The notes under the pieces were generated by a model. That model did not search any database and was not told the DNA's origin. It saw only the letters and a list, made by a program, of their open reading frames with translations. A DNA stretch of 64,000 bases from Gammaproteobacteria bacterium. Its GTDB lineage: Bacteria; Pseudomonadota; Gammaproteobacteria; Eutrophobiales; Eutrophobiaceae. Positions 50,308 through 60,760 of the stretch are shown here, one piece after another (the first letter of the stretch is position 1; each line of letters begins with the position of its first letter). Both the position numbers and the translations under genes were made by a program. The stretch is from assembly GCA_965222155.1 (NCBI GenBank), contig CBDCTH010000012.1:1536001-1600000 (forward strand). Direction: 5' to 3'.

Positions 50308-50808
50308 TCACAAGCCTCGCTGTCTGTGTTTATAGACAGGTAGGGCCCCATCCGCAGCCGTCTGGTATTTGACGGTAAAATCAGACAGTCCCTTCAAAGC
50401 ATCTTCCGGGTTCTTGTCTTCACGGAGATGGAATGAATCAATACCGCAACGCTGCATAAAAAACAACTGATCCCTGAGCACATCTCCCAGCGCGCGTATC
50501 TCACCCCGGTAACCGAATCGATCACGTAATAATCGGGCATGGGAATAACTCCGCCCATCCGTGAATTTTGGAAACTCCAGGGCAATGAGTTCAAATAATC
50601 CCAGTGAGTCGGATAAATCCTCCAGGCTGTCATCACCATTTAAGCATACGGCAATCTTACCTTTATGCCGGGACAGCCGATCCCGGTTATCGCGCCAGTA
50701 GTCCAGGGGGATAATCCAGTCGCCGTCAGGTAATGACTGCTGTTGCTCCAATGCAGTGAGCCGTTGCCAACTGTCTTCCAGAACCTTGCCTGCCTTAATA
50801 ACCCGCAA
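50308..50808 (-). CDS. DUF934 protein (sulfite reductase partner)
   Basis: FPKFTDGRSYSHARLLR, GDVLRDQL. Confidence 0.9.
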   Translation of the reverse strand: MRVIKAGKVLEDSWQRLTALEQQQSLPDGDWIIPLDYWRDNRDRLSRHKGKIAVCLNGDDSLEDLSDSLGLFELIALEFPKFTDGRSYSHARLLRDRFGYRGEIRALGDVLRDQLFFMQRCGIDSFHLREDKNPEDALKGLSDFTVKYQTAADGALPVYKHRQRGL

Positions 50809-52489
50809 CGGCTCTCATCTCCGGTATTTCCTCCGTCCCGGAGGCATAAACTTTTTCCTTGAAGGGTTCCATACCCACACGCAGGTAGGTTTCCAGGAAC
50901 TGCTCAGATCCTTCGCGCCGGTCCAGATAGACTTGCAGTATAGTATCTATCGTCTCTGCTACATTTTCCTTTTCGATCGCGGGGCCCAGACGATCCCCAA
51001 GTCGGGCGTTATTTCCGGCCGCGCCACCCAGTGTCAATTGATAGAACTCCTTACCCTTTTTATCCACGCCGAGAATGCCGATATGTCCCACATGATGATG
51101 TCCGCAGGCATTCATACAACCCGACATCTTTATCTGGAAATCACCGATATCATGCAGATAATCCAGTTCGGCAAACCTGTCATTGATTTGCCTGGCAATG
51201 TCTATGGAACCGGCATTGGCCAGATTACAAAAATCCAGCCCGGGACAGCAGATCATATCCGTCAACAGACCTATATTCGGCGTGGCCAGCCGCTCCCCTT
51301 TCAATGCATTCCAAAGTGGATACAGGTCTACCTGTCTGACATGCGGAAGGATCAGGTTCTGATCATGGGTCACTCTTATTTCAGAGTGACTGTACTTGTC
51401 TGCCATAGCCGCGATAAAATTCATCTGCCCGGCTGTTGCATCTCCCGGCGCGGAAGCGGGATGTTTGAGTGACAGGTAAACGGATCGATAACCCGGCGCC
51501 TTATGGGCTTTAACATTGCGCTGCACCCATAGGTTAAAGTCTTTCTGCAATACCAGGCGCTTGGCGAACGTTGCATCAGCGGCGGCATTATTATCAAAAT
51601 CGGGTTCAGTGAAAAAGCCTTTGACTCGATCGATCTCAACTTGATCCAGCAATAATACCGAGTCCTTGAAACGGCGCCATTCCGTTTCGACCATATCGGT
51701 AAATTTATCCGGACCCACCGCGTTGACCAGGATTTTTATCCTTGCCTTGTGCATGTTATCGCGTCGGCCCAGCTGGTTGTATACCCGCAGAATGGCCTCC
51801 AGGTAAGAAAGCAGGTGCCGCTTCTCCAGAAACTCACGGATACATACGCCTATATACGGCGTGCGCCCCAAACCTCCGCCAACCAGTATTTTACAGCCGA
51901 TTTCACCCTCATCGTTCCTGACCAGATATATACCGATGTCATGGATCTGTACGGCGGCCCGATCATTCTCTGCACCGCACACGGCAATCTTGAACTTGCG
52001 CGGCAGGAAAGAAAATTCCGGATGAAACGTGGACCACTGGCGTATAATTTCACAATAAGGCCGCGGGTCTTCCAATTCATCCTCAGCGACACCGGCAAAA
52101 TGATCGGAGGAGATATTGCGGATGCAGTTACCACTGGTCTGGATAGCATGCATCTGTACACTGGCCAGGTCAGCCAGGATATCCGGTACGGTTTCCAGTT
52201 TAGGCCAGTTAAACTGAATATTCTGCCGGGTGCTGAAGTGACCGTAACCCTTGTCGTACTTCTTTGCGATATGCCCCAACATACGTAGCTGTGTGGCAGA
52301 CAGCAATCCGTAGGGAATCGCCACACGTAGCATCGGCGCATGCCTCTGGATATACAGGCCATTCATCAGACGCAACGGTCGATATTCATCTTCACTGAGT
52401 TCGCCGGCGAGGAAACGCCGGGTCTGGTCGCGAAAAGAGGCTACACGCTCGTCTACGATTTGCTGATCGTATTGATCATACTGGTACAT
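50795..52489 (-). CDS. cysI: Sulfite reductase hemoprotein (CysI-like)
   Basis: MYQYD start, TRQNIQ, SGNCIRN, CPG..C, SGCMNAC siroheme/4Fe-4S motifs. Confidence 0.88.
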   Translation of the reverse strand: MYQYDQYDQQIVDERVASFRDQTRRFLAGELSEDEYRPLRLMNGLYIQRHAPMLRVAIPYGLLSATQLRMLGHIAKKYDKGYGHFSTRQNIQFNWPKLETVPDILADLASVQMHAIQTSGNCIRNISSDHFAGVAEDELEDPRPYCEIIRQWSTFHPEFSFLPRKFKIAVCGAENDRAAVQIHDIGIYLVRNDEGEIGCKILVGGGLGRTPYIGVCIREFLEKRHLLSYLEAILRVYNQLGRRDNMHKARIKILVNAVGPDKFTDMVETEWRRFKDSVLLLDQVEIDRVKGFFTEPDFDNNAAADATFAKRLVLQKDFNLWVQRNVKAHKAPGYRSVYLSLKHPASAPGDATAGQMNFIAAMADKYSHSEIRVTHDQNLILPHVRQVDLYPLWNALKGERLATPNIGLLTDMICCPGLDFCNLANAGSIDIARQINDRFAELDYLHDIGDFQIKMSGCMNACGHHHVGHIGILGVDKKGKEFYQLTLGGAAGNNARLGDRLGPAIEKENVAETIDTILQVYLDRREGSEQFLETYLRVGMEPFKEKVYASGTEEIPEMRAVAGY

Positions 52490-52698
52490 AGAAACTATAA
52501 ACAACTTATCAGTTATGGACAGACCGGATAGGATAGCAAGCAAGCCTTATGCAGAAAAGTGCTTAATTTGACTATATATATGACATACAGATATAAGGAT
52601 ACCTGTGATCAGGCAACTTCACGGGACAACTGCGCTACGGGTCAGGCCCAGCCAATCAGGTGGAATTCCGCTATGGCGCGGGCTTTAATCGCTCTAGC

Positions 52699-52781
52699 AT
52701 TTGGGGTCAGAGTAAAAATACACTCAGCCTGGCAAGTGGTACTGGTTTATTGTTGAGTATTTTTACTCTGACCCCAAATAT
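52699..52781. repeat. REPIN-like element (GGGGTCAGAGTAAAA family), second copy
   Basis: atttggggtcagagtaaaaatac...gtatttttactctgaccccaaatat. Confidence 0.88.
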
Positions 52782-52785
52782 CAAA

Positions 52786-54834
52786 TCAATCTTCGTCCTC
52801 GGTCGGTTTGTATGCAGCGATCAGTTCTTTCTGTGTTTTCGCCGGCACGGGGTCATAATGACTGAAGCTCAGGGAATAGGAGCCTACCCCGCCGGTCATG
52901 GACTTCAGTTGTGATTGATAATTGTCCAACTCACTCAGCGGCACACTGGCTGTTATCGTCGTCATGCCTCCGGACAGCGCCAGGGTATTGCTGATACGTC
53001 CCCGTTTGCCGGATATATCTGCGTTAATATCACCCATGGCTTCATTCGGCGCAGTAACATTGATATTAACGATAGGTTCAAGCACCACCGGTCTGGCCTT
53101 GCTGAATGCGTCAAGAAAGGCCTTCTTGCCGGCAGCGACAAACGCCACTTCCTTGGAATCAACAGGGTGGTGTTTACCGTCATAGACTGTCACTCTTATA
53201 TCCTGCATGGGATTGCCGGACAAAGCGCCACTGTTCAGCGCCTGCCTGATGCCTTTCTCCACCGCAGGAATCAAGGGCTTGGGGATAACCCCGCCGACTA
53301 CGGCATCGACGAACTCAAAACCCGATCCTCGATTCAGCGGTTCAACTCTTAAGAAGACCTCACCGAACTGGCCTGCTCCTCCAGTTTGTTTCTTATGCCT
53401 GTGATGACCCTCAGCGTTAGCGCTGATGGTTTCCTTATAGGCTATCTTCGGGGGTCGCGTGGTCACATCCACGTTGTGACGGTGCTTCAGTTTTTCCAGC
53501 ATAATACGCAGGTGGAGTTCTCCAAGACCGCGAATGACCGTTTCATTCGTGGCCGCATTATGCTCTACGAGAAAACTTTGATCTTCCGCCTCAAGTTTGT
53601 GCAAGGCATCGGATATCTTTTGCTCATCTCCCCTGCTTTTTGTCTGTATGGCCAAGCCGTACATGGGAGCAGGAATATCGATTGACTGCAGGTGAACCTC
53701 ATCCTCATCATGGGAATCGTGCAAAACCGCATCAAAATGAATCTCATCGACTTTTGCGACGGCACAGATATCACCGGGCACACCCCGGTCAATTTCAATG
53801 TGCTCACTGCCCTGCAGTTTTAACAGATGCCCTACCTTGAATGGTTTACGTCCCTCACCGATAAATAACTGGCTATCCTTGGTTATTACCCCCTGGTGTA
53901 TCCTGAAAACACCCAGCCTGCCGACAAATGGATCAATATGGACTTTAAACACGTGGGCGATCACATTCTTGTCGGGATCCGGTTGAATATCGATCTGCTG
54001 CGCGGCATCACCCTCACCTCTGAAAACCGGAGGAGGATTACCCTCGCCGGGGTTTGGCATCAATTTAGCAAAAATGTCCAGTAACTCCTTCACGCCCACA
54101 CCCGTTTCTGCCGAAACAAAACATACAGGGATAAAATGACCTTCTCGTAATGCCTGCTCAAACGGCTCATGCAGTTGCTCCGGACTGATGTCGTCCCCTT
54201 GTTCAAGGTATTGCTCCATGAGCTCTTCGTCAAGTTCGACCACCTGGTCAACAATATTGACATGCGCCTCAGCAACAGAGAGGAAATCAGTTTCCCTGCC
54301 GTCTGACTGAAAGAAACAATCCACCACTTCGGCGCCACCTTCAGCCGGTAAATTCAGGGGCAGGCATTCGCTTCCGTAAGCTTCCCTGAGTTGTTGCAGG
54401 ATAGCCTCGAGATCAACGTCTTCGGCATCTATTTTATTTACGATCAACAGGTGGTCCATGCCCCTGTCTCCGGCCTGTTCCATCATTGTGCGGGTTACCA
54501 TTTCGACGCCCGATTGAGCATTAACAACCACTGCGCAGGTTTCCACGGCGGGTAGAATAGCCAAAGCACGGCCAAGAAAGTCAGGGTATCCCGGCGTATC
54601 GACGAGATTGACGTGGCTGCCGTGATAATCCAGGCTTGAAATGGCGCTATCCAGTGAATGCTGGTGTGTTTTTTCCTGAGGATCAAAATCACATACCGTT
54701 GTTCCCCGTTTTACCGAACCTTTCTGGTTGATCGCGCCGGCGTCGTGCAACAGGGCCTCAACCAATGTCGTCTTACCTGAGCCGCTGTGGCCTGTTATGG
54801 CTATATTTCGAATGTTTTCAGTAGTATAGGACAC
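52786..54834 (-). CDS. Elongation factor G paralog (EF-G2-like)
   Basis: GHSGSGKTT, DTPG, NKID, KKQTGGAGQFG; lacks RGITI and is not in a str operon. Confidence 0.9.
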   Translation of the reverse strand: MSYTTENIRNIAITGHSGSGKTTLVEALLHDAGAINQKGSVKRGTTVCDFDPQEKTHQHSLDSAISSLDYHGSHVNLVDTPGYPDFLGRALAILPAVETCAVVVNAQSGVEMVTRTMMEQAGDRGMDHLLIVNKIDAEDVDLEAILQQLREAYGSECLPLNLPAEGGAEVVDCFFQSDGRETDFLSVAEAHVNIVDQVVELDEELMEQYLEQGDDISPEQLHEPFEQALREGHFIPVCFVSAETGVGVKELLDIFAKLMPNPGEGNPPPVFRGEGDAAQQIDIQPDPDKNVIAHVFKVHIDPFVGRLGVFRIHQGVITKDSQLFIGEGRKPFKVGHLLKLQGSEHIEIDRGVPGDICAVAKVDEIHFDAVLHDSHDEDEVHLQSIDIPAPMYGLAIQTKSRGDEQKISDALHKLEAEDQSFLVEHNAATNETVIRGLGELHLRIMLEKLKHRHNVDVTTRPPKIAYKETISANAEGHHRHKKQTGGAGQFGEVFLRVEPLNRGSGFEFVDAVVGGVIPKPLIPAVEKGIRQALNSGALSGNPMQDIRVTVYDGKHHPVDSKEVAFVAAGKKAFLDAFSKARPVVLEPIVNINVTAPNEAMGDINADISGKRGRISNTLALSGGMTTITASVPLSELDNYQSQLKSMTGGVGSYSLSFSHYDPVPAKTQKELIAAYKPTEDED

Positions 54835-54919
54835 CTATTGACACCTCCTCTAGCTTGTTATTGCTGCCCCTGGCTGCTTGAATAATAACATAACCTGAAG
54901 TGCATTTTCGACAATGGCA

Positions 54920-56023
54920 TCAGGAAGGTAAATGGGCCTTCCCCAGGTAATCATGAGATTGCATTTCGATGAGTCTGCTGGCAGTGCGTTCATAAGATTT
55001 TGCGTGGCGCTTGCCGGTATATAACTCTGTTACTCCAACTGCCGCGCTGATAATCAGCTTAACATAACGGTCATAATACTCGTCCACCATTATGATAAAT
55101 CGCTTGACGCGATCATTGTCCAAGTCATCCATTTTCGGCACGTTTTCGATGAATACCGTTTGAAACTGTCTGGCAATTTCAATGTAGTCAGCCGCTCCCC
55201 TGGGACCACCACAGATATCCTGGAAATCAAACCAGACAACACCGGAAGCCAATCGTTTCACCTTTATATTACGACCTTCAATTTCTATGGTGGAATCGAT
55301 TCTGCCGGCATCCGGCGCTATATTAGCAAAACTTACCGCCAATTTCTCCCGCGCCTCAGCGCTCAGGGGATAATGGTAAATTTCGGCCTGATCCAGGTAA
55401 CGCAAGCGGTAGTCAACTGTACTATCCAGGTTAACAACCCTTGTATGTTGTTTGATTAACTCGATTGCGGGCAAAAACCGTTCACGCTGCAGTCCATCCC
55501 GGTAGAGCTTGTCAGGATGTTCATTGGAGGTTGCCACCAGGGTCACTCCCCGTTCAAACAGGGCATGGAACAAACCGCTCAACAGCATCGCATCGGTGAT
55601 GTCGGATACGTGGAATTCATCGAAGCAGATTACGCTGATATCTTGAGCCAGCTTGTCGGCAACCAGACGCAATGGCTCTTCGACATCTTTCAGTTGTTTT
55701 AATTCGGCATGTACCCATTGCATATATCGGTGAAAATGAACCCGCAGTTTATGCGTAAAAGGAAGACATTCATAAAACGTGTCAACGATATAAGTCTTGC
55801 CACTTCCGACGCTCCCCCACAGGTATAATCCTGTAACGGGCCGTTTCTGCTGCGTTGAAAACCGGGCAAAAAACCGTCTGGCCGGGTTTTTCTTGCCGGC
55901 AACGCGCGCAGACACCAACTCGTCATACAACAATTGTGTGTAGTTAATCACCGCTAATTGGAGCGGGTCAGGTATTATCCTGTCTTTATCAATATCAGAT
56001 TGGTATCGTTGTAAAGGAGTCAT
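54920..56023 (-). CDS. zapE: AFG1-family ATPase ZapE
   Basis: GLYLWGSVGSGKT, CFDEF, TSN, SRLIEMQS. Confidence 0.93.
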   Translation of the reverse strand: MTPLQRYQSDIDKDRIIPDPLQLAVINYTQLLYDELVSARVAGKKNPARRFFARFSTQQKRPVTGLYLWGSVGSGKTYIVDTFYECLPFTHKLRVHFHRYMQWVHAELKQLKDVEEPLRLVADKLAQDISVICFDEFHVSDITDAMLLSGLFHALFERGVTLVATSNEHPDKLYRDGLQRERFLPAIELIKQHTRVVNLDSTVDYRLRYLDQAEIYHYPLSAEAREKLAVSFANIAPDAGRIDSTIEIEGRNIKVKRLASGVVWFDFQDICGGPRGAADYIEIARQFQTVFIENVPKMDDLDNDRVKRFIIMVDEYYDRYVKLIISAAVGVTELYTGKRHAKSYERTASRLIEMQSHDYLGKAHLPS

Positions 56024-56048
56024 AATTTAATATCGACCACTAAAATAA

Positions 56049-56744
56049 ATGACTATGTTGATAGGCATTGCAGGTTTTTGTTTATTATTGGTATTAATCC
56101 TGGGACCTCAACTCTGGACAAAATACATATTCAAACGCTATCACTCGTCAATAGACAAATTGCCCGGCACGGGTGGAGAGCTTGCCCGACACTTAATCAC
56201 CCGGTTGCAGTTGACCGGTTATAATGTCGAAGCGCTGGAAACAGACGGCGACCATTATGACCCTGAAAGCAAGACCGTCTGTCTGTCTCCCGACGTTTAT
56301 GAGCGAAAATCATTAACCGCCGTGGTCATTGCCGCCCATGAAATCGGTCATGCCTTACAGCATCATTCCGGCTTTAAACCCCTTTACCTGCGCTGGAAAC
56401 TCGCCAAGTATATCGCCTTTACCGAAAAAACAGCATCTATCATCCTTGTCAGCTTTCCATTTGTCAGTTTGCTGGTTAAATCACCCGTGGTGGGAATCCT
56501 GATGCTTGCCTCCGGCATCCTGATACTGCTCCTGCCCGTGATATTTCACCTGGTGACGCTGCCGGTCGAATGGGACGCCAGTTTTAACCGGGCATTGCCT
56601 TTATTGATACAAGGTAATTACCTACCCAAAAGTGCGGAACCCGTAGCCCGTCGGATCCTGACGGCAGCCGCACTGACCTACGTCTCGGCTTCCCTGTCCA
56701 GCCTGCTTAATTTCTACCGCTGGATCGCATTCCTGCGCAGGTAA
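56049..56744 (+). CDS. Putative neutral zinc metallopeptidase
   Basis: DHYDP, AAHEIGHALQ, TLPVEWDAS, AAALTYV. Confidence 0.9.
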   Translation: MTMLIGIAGFCLLLVLILGPQLWTKYIFKRYHSSIDKLPGTGGELARHLITRLQLTGYNVEALETDGDHYDPESKTVCLSPDVYERKSLTAVVIAAHEIGHALQHHSGFKPLYLRWKLAKYIAFTEKTASIILVSFPFVSLLVKSPVVGILMLASGILILLLPVIFHLVTLPVEWDASFNRALPLLIQGNYLPKSAEPVARRILTAAALTYVSASLSSLLNFYRWIAFLRR

Positions 56745-56872
56745 CCCGCATAAAATAGTATTATCCGGACACCCATGATGAATAACAGTGACGTGATAAA
56801 GAGCGCCGGCGTCCCTGTGTCCGGCCAATCAAACCCTGATTCCAACTTCCGGGATAAGGCCGGATTTTTCAA

Positions 56873-58081
56873 CTACAACAACCAGTGGGGGGTAGGCAGG
56901 TTCAGCCGCAGCCGGCCGTAGACCTCTTTGATGATTTCTTCGTGCATCGCCTCGTGCATGGACATGGCGTTGATGTCGCGATGAAACCGTTGCATCTGGC
57001 TGCGTTCATGGAGCGCTGATCCCCCGGAATCCTGGAACAGGATATTCACCACTTCCCGACAGAGATGCATGGCGTGTACGCCGTATAGCCTTATGCGAGC
57101 CCGGTGTTCCGCACTCAATACCTTGGCATTATCGATTGCTGCCTCAAAACACAGGTCGCAGGCATGATCCGTCAGTAACCTGGCCGCTTCCAGTTTTGCC
57201 GTGACTTCGCCCAGGATGTGATGGGTTGAGGACAAGCGTTTTTTGGGAATATCTTCGGTATAGACCATCGGCCTGGCTGAGCGGCTTTGCAGCAGGTTTT
57301 CGTAGAATTCCAGCGCGCCTGCCGCGGCGCCCATGGTGGTGCCGGCGCTTAACGAAAGCACCAGTAACGCACCGAATGGCGCCCGGTAGAGTAACGGTCT
57401 TGCCGTCCCGCACTTGTGCGCCAGGGCGGTTTCCGCCTTCAGCATCCTGTGTTCGGGAACAAAGTATTCATCCGCTTTTAGACGTATGCTGTTGCTTCCC
57501 GTGGCCTTGAGACCGGCCACATACCAATCGTCGTTAATCGCGATATCATCGGGCGGCGCCAGGAAAAACGCTTTATCATGCCCCGGTGGCAGGCCGGGCA
57601 ACTGTGCGCCCAGCAGGAACCAATCAGCATGGTGACAACCGGAACCAAAGGGCCAGACACTGTTCTTCAGCAGGTAGCCGCCATCAACCCTGGTTGCGGT
57701 AGTTCGATCCGGCAGAATGCCGCTGACCCCCGCATTGGGGTCGGCGCCGAACACCTCTTCCTGGGCCTGTTCGGGAAATAAGGCCACTACGAAGCTGTGA
57801 CAGGACATGACGCTGTAAACCCAACTGGAAGATGGACAGCCCTTGGCAATTTCAGCCGCAATGCGCCAGAAATAACGAGGGTGCAACTCATACCCGCCGA
57901 AACGCACCGGCGCATAGGCGCGCAACAGGTCCGCCTGTTTCATGGCCCGGAAAGACTCCGCGTGAATTTGCCGCTGTTGCTCTGCCGCGCCGGCGCGTTC
58001 GCGCAAATCAGAGGCCACGACTCTGGCTCGATCAGTGAGGGTTGCGGCCAATTCCCGTTGATCGCTGAGAGCCGTATTCAT
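56873..58081 (-). CDS. Flavin-dependent monooxygenase, oxygenase component (HsaA/acyl-CoA dehydrogenase-like)
   Basis: P.RFGG.E, WPFGSGC.HADW, WYVAGLKATGS, QRFHRD. Confidence 0.85.
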   Translation of the reverse strand: MNTALSDQRELAATLTDRARVVASDLRERAGAAEQQRQIHAESFRAMKQADLLRAYAPVRFGGYELHPRYFWRIAAEIAKGCPSSSWVYSVMSCHSFVVALFPEQAQEEVFGADPNAGVSGILPDRTTATRVDGGYLLKNSVWPFGSGCHHADWFLLGAQLPGLPPGHDKAFFLAPPDDIAINDDWYVAGLKATGSNSIRLKADEYFVPEHRMLKAETALAHKCGTARPLLYRAPFGALLVLSLSAGTTMGAAAGALEFYENLLQSRSARPMVYTEDIPKKRLSSTHHILGEVTAKLEAARLLTDHACDLCFEAAIDNAKVLSAEHRARIRLYGVHAMHLCREVVNILFQDSGGSALHERSQMQRFHRDINAMSMHEAMHEEIIKEVYGRLRLNLPTPHWLL

Positions 58082-58090
58082 CCTGCCGGC

Positions 58091-58327
58091 TCAGAGGTTT
58101 TTATGGCTACCGTCACACAAATATGAATTGCCGCTGCGTTTACAGCCACACAACCACACAGACGTTGTCTCCGTCAACTCAAATCTGACCGGGCTAAACT
58201 CACTGCCGGCATGGGATCCATCACAAAAAGGCTGATTGGCGGAATGACCACATCTACACCAGAAATAAACACCTGCCTCAAGCTCCAGCCCATAAGGACT
58301 GCTTTGTGGGCATCCAGGTTCACTCAT
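58091..58327 (-). CDS. CDGSH iron-sulfur protein (two motifs)
   Basis: WCRCG.S..QPFCDGSH and LCGCK.S...LCDGSH. Confidence 0.93.
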   Translation of the reverse strand: MSEPGCPQSSPYGLELEAGVYFWCRCGHSANQPFCDGSHAGSEFSPVRFELTETTSVWLCGCKRSGNSYLCDGSHKNL

Positions 58328-58534
58328 AATATTTCCCCCATCTATTCTTTGTACCATGAAATAATCTCACAACAACATGGCTCGGACAAGCTGAATAAAA
58401 CGGCATCAGATGATTATTTTTCCTGTCCCTTCTGAATAATCTGCATTTTTTCCTCTTCCGAATGCCAACCGAACAGGCTCACCGGCATTGGGGTATGCTG
58501 CAATTACTGTTCTGGGTGGCGCCTTGCCAACCGC

Positions 58535-60076
58535 TTATGCTCTCTTGTACCTTGACTTTCCTTCAGCTATTGCAAGCTCCATCTGACCAGCAAAGCCGGC
58601 CGATTGAGATTCAATCAAACTGTGATACTGCTCAAGTTCCCCCAGTTCTCTCGCCACTTCTTTCAGTGACAGTCTTCTTAGAATTTCCACTGTAATGGGC
58701 CGTTTCTCGTCCCAGAATATCATTGACTCCAGAAATTCCATGGCGGGAACAGAAGTAATTAAACGATAAATAAATCTGGCTTCTTCCTCAGAATCGAAAG
58801 ATAGAAAATTCACAGTGTCATCGAATACTACAGTTTTTCCATCAAACAGCCCGACAAGATTAAATTTTAATCTTTTGTATAAGCCTGATATGACAATTTT
58901 CCATTGTTTGAAGGAATAAGACCCCACCCCGAACACAGAAAAATCCGGTTTGTTTTTGTAAATTGAACTTCTTCTTTTATCCAGATAATCCCTGTGTTCA
59001 ATTAAATATTTCCAGGTATCCGGGGATCTCTCTTTTATTTTTAAAGTATCCTCCCCAACTGTTTTTTGGGTTACTAACGCTACTTTTCTATAGGAAGTGA
59101 TCCTCCCGTTCCCGACATCTGAACCTTTCAACAGGGGATATAGGTAATCTTTTTCGCACTTGATGATTTTGCCCAGTCCATTTTTATAGCCATCGACAAC
59201 CGGCTCCAGTTCCATAATTTTTGAACAATCATGTTTGATTCCTGAGCGCCAGACATAGCGAGAGTCTTGTCCTTTTAAATGTCGCCATTTCTCGTAATGT
59301 TTGACATTACTGACAATGAACCCGTCCCTCTGGCCGATAACGCGGAAATAATTTACAGAATCCAGCGATTCATACACTTCACAATCTGCACTTCCGCTAC
59401 CCGTTGTCAGCACAAAAAGACATGCTTCCACTGATGCGCCAAAGTATGTACCAGCATCGACCAGGTAGATATGGCCCAAAAAACGACCTTCTGCACGTTG
59501 ACTGACTTGTCGCATTACTTTACGCGCAACCGAATATTTACATAGCATTGCTATTGCGCCGTCACGCTTCGAGAGCCAATTAACATGCCGCAACAGCATC
59601 CATTCGGAAATATCGAAATTGCCTGAACCCGTAATGGCCTCAATGCCTTTGCGGTTCTGAAAATTAGATTTTTCAGGAAGGTTTCGACTATTTAGAATAC
59701 CCAGGTCACTGCTTGTAACCCAAGGCGGGTTGCCGATTATAAGGATATATCCACTCAATCCGGACAATATTTGTTCCCAGTCAGTATCAAAAAAATTGGC
59801 TTTGATTACTGTTACACAGTCTGGTGCGGAAATATATCTCAGGGAAGAATTGGCATCCTTGATATGCCCGGGATTAATTTCAAATCCAAGAATATGAGCA
59901 TTCACAAATCCTTCATAAGCAGCCAGGACGAATGCGCCTTTGCCACAAGTGGGTTCAATAATTATATCAGGTTCGACCCCATGATTCTGTTTCAGAACTT
60001 TGATAACGTTTCTTGCCAGGCCAACAGGAGTCTGGAAATCACCATATTGCCGCTTGTCAATTGATTTCTTAGTCAC
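58535..60076 (-). CDS. Type II amino (probably N6-adenine) DNA methyltransferase
   Basis: GDFQTP, EPTCGKGAF (motif I), GNPPW (motif IV); low GC. Confidence 0.88.
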   Translation of the reverse strand: MTKKSIDKRQYGDFQTPVGLARNVIKVLKQNHGVEPDIIIEPTCGKGAFVLAAYEGFVNAHILGFEINPGHIKDANSSLRYISAPDCVTVIKANFFDTDWEQILSGLSGYILIIGNPPWVTSSDLGILNSRNLPEKSNFQNRKGIEAITGSGNFDISEWMLLRHVNWLSKRDGAIAMLCKYSVARKVMRQVSQRAEGRFLGHIYLVDAGTYFGASVEACLFVLTTGSGSADCEVYESLDSVNYFRVIGQRDGFIVSNVKHYEKWRHLKGQDSRYVWRSGIKHDCSKIMELEPVVDGYKNGLGKIIKCEKDYLYPLLKGSDVGNGRITSYRKVALVTQKTVGEDTLKIKERSPDTWKYLIEHRDYLDKRRSSIYKNKPDFSVFGVGSYSFKQWKIVISGLYKRLKFNLVGLFDGKTVVFDDTVNFLSFDSEEEARFIYRLITSVPAMEFLESMIFWDEKRPITVEILRRLSLKEVARELGELEQYHSLIESQSAGFAGQMELAIAEGKSRYKRA

Positions 60077-60079
60077 TAT

Positions 60080-60709
60080 TCAGCGAACTTTTGATATGCC
60101 TGGCACAATTCCAGCTTCCTGGATAACCCTGCCATATTGGAGCCTCCACTGAAGGGCGTTGGATATTGTCAAATAACCTTGGTTGGGAGAAGCTTCTATA
60201 ATTTTGTCGGCAAGCTGTCCCGCTGCTATTTCGTCCACAGGCAAATTCCTTTCGATGATAAAGGCGATAATATCATCCTTGTTTCCGTCTCGTTTAAGAA
60301 TATCCAACAATCCTTTTGTTGTTTGAAAATCTGCCGTATGTTCCTTTTCGACGAAGATTACGTGTTGCATATCAAGCCGACTGGTCTCATTTACATCATT
60401 ATCAGTTTTCTCATAGACAAAAACGAGTATATGATAGCCAAGACCGAATATCTTCTGCGATGCAGATTTGAAAGGGCATGATGATTGCGGTTGCTTAATA
60501 CTGGTGACCTTGATATCTACTTCAAGATCAGGGAAATCTATTCCAGACGCGGAGTTACCTTGTTCATAGTCATAAATTTCTGCAAGGTATGTCCCGACAG
60601 CTTTTCCATCAGTTTTACCATAAAGAGAAGGCTCATTATGAGTGGCTTCCTTCTCTGCGAATTTCGATGCTCCTTCTTGCAAGGTTTTAATTGTCAATCG
60701 TGGTTTCAT
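60080..60709 (-). CDS. Type II restriction endonuclease
   Basis: TDGKAVGT, GIDFP..VDIK PD-(D/E)xK-like motif, PQSSCPF, SNALQWRLQY; directly upstream of the MTase. Confidence 0.78.
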   Translation of the reverse strand: MKPRLTIKTLQEGASKFAEKEATHNEPSLYGKTDGKAVGTYLAEIYDYEQGNSASGIDFPDLEVDIKVTSIKQPQSSCPFKSASQKIFGLGYHILVFVYEKTDNDVNETSRLDMQHVIFVEKEHTADFQTTKGLLDILKRDGNKDDIIAFIIERNLPVDEIAAGQLADKIIEASPNQGYLTISNALQWRLQYGRVIQEAGIVPGISKVR

Positions 60710-60760
60710 GCTTCTCTCTTTGTATGGTATTGAGCAACCAATGGAGAACTGTCTTCTATT

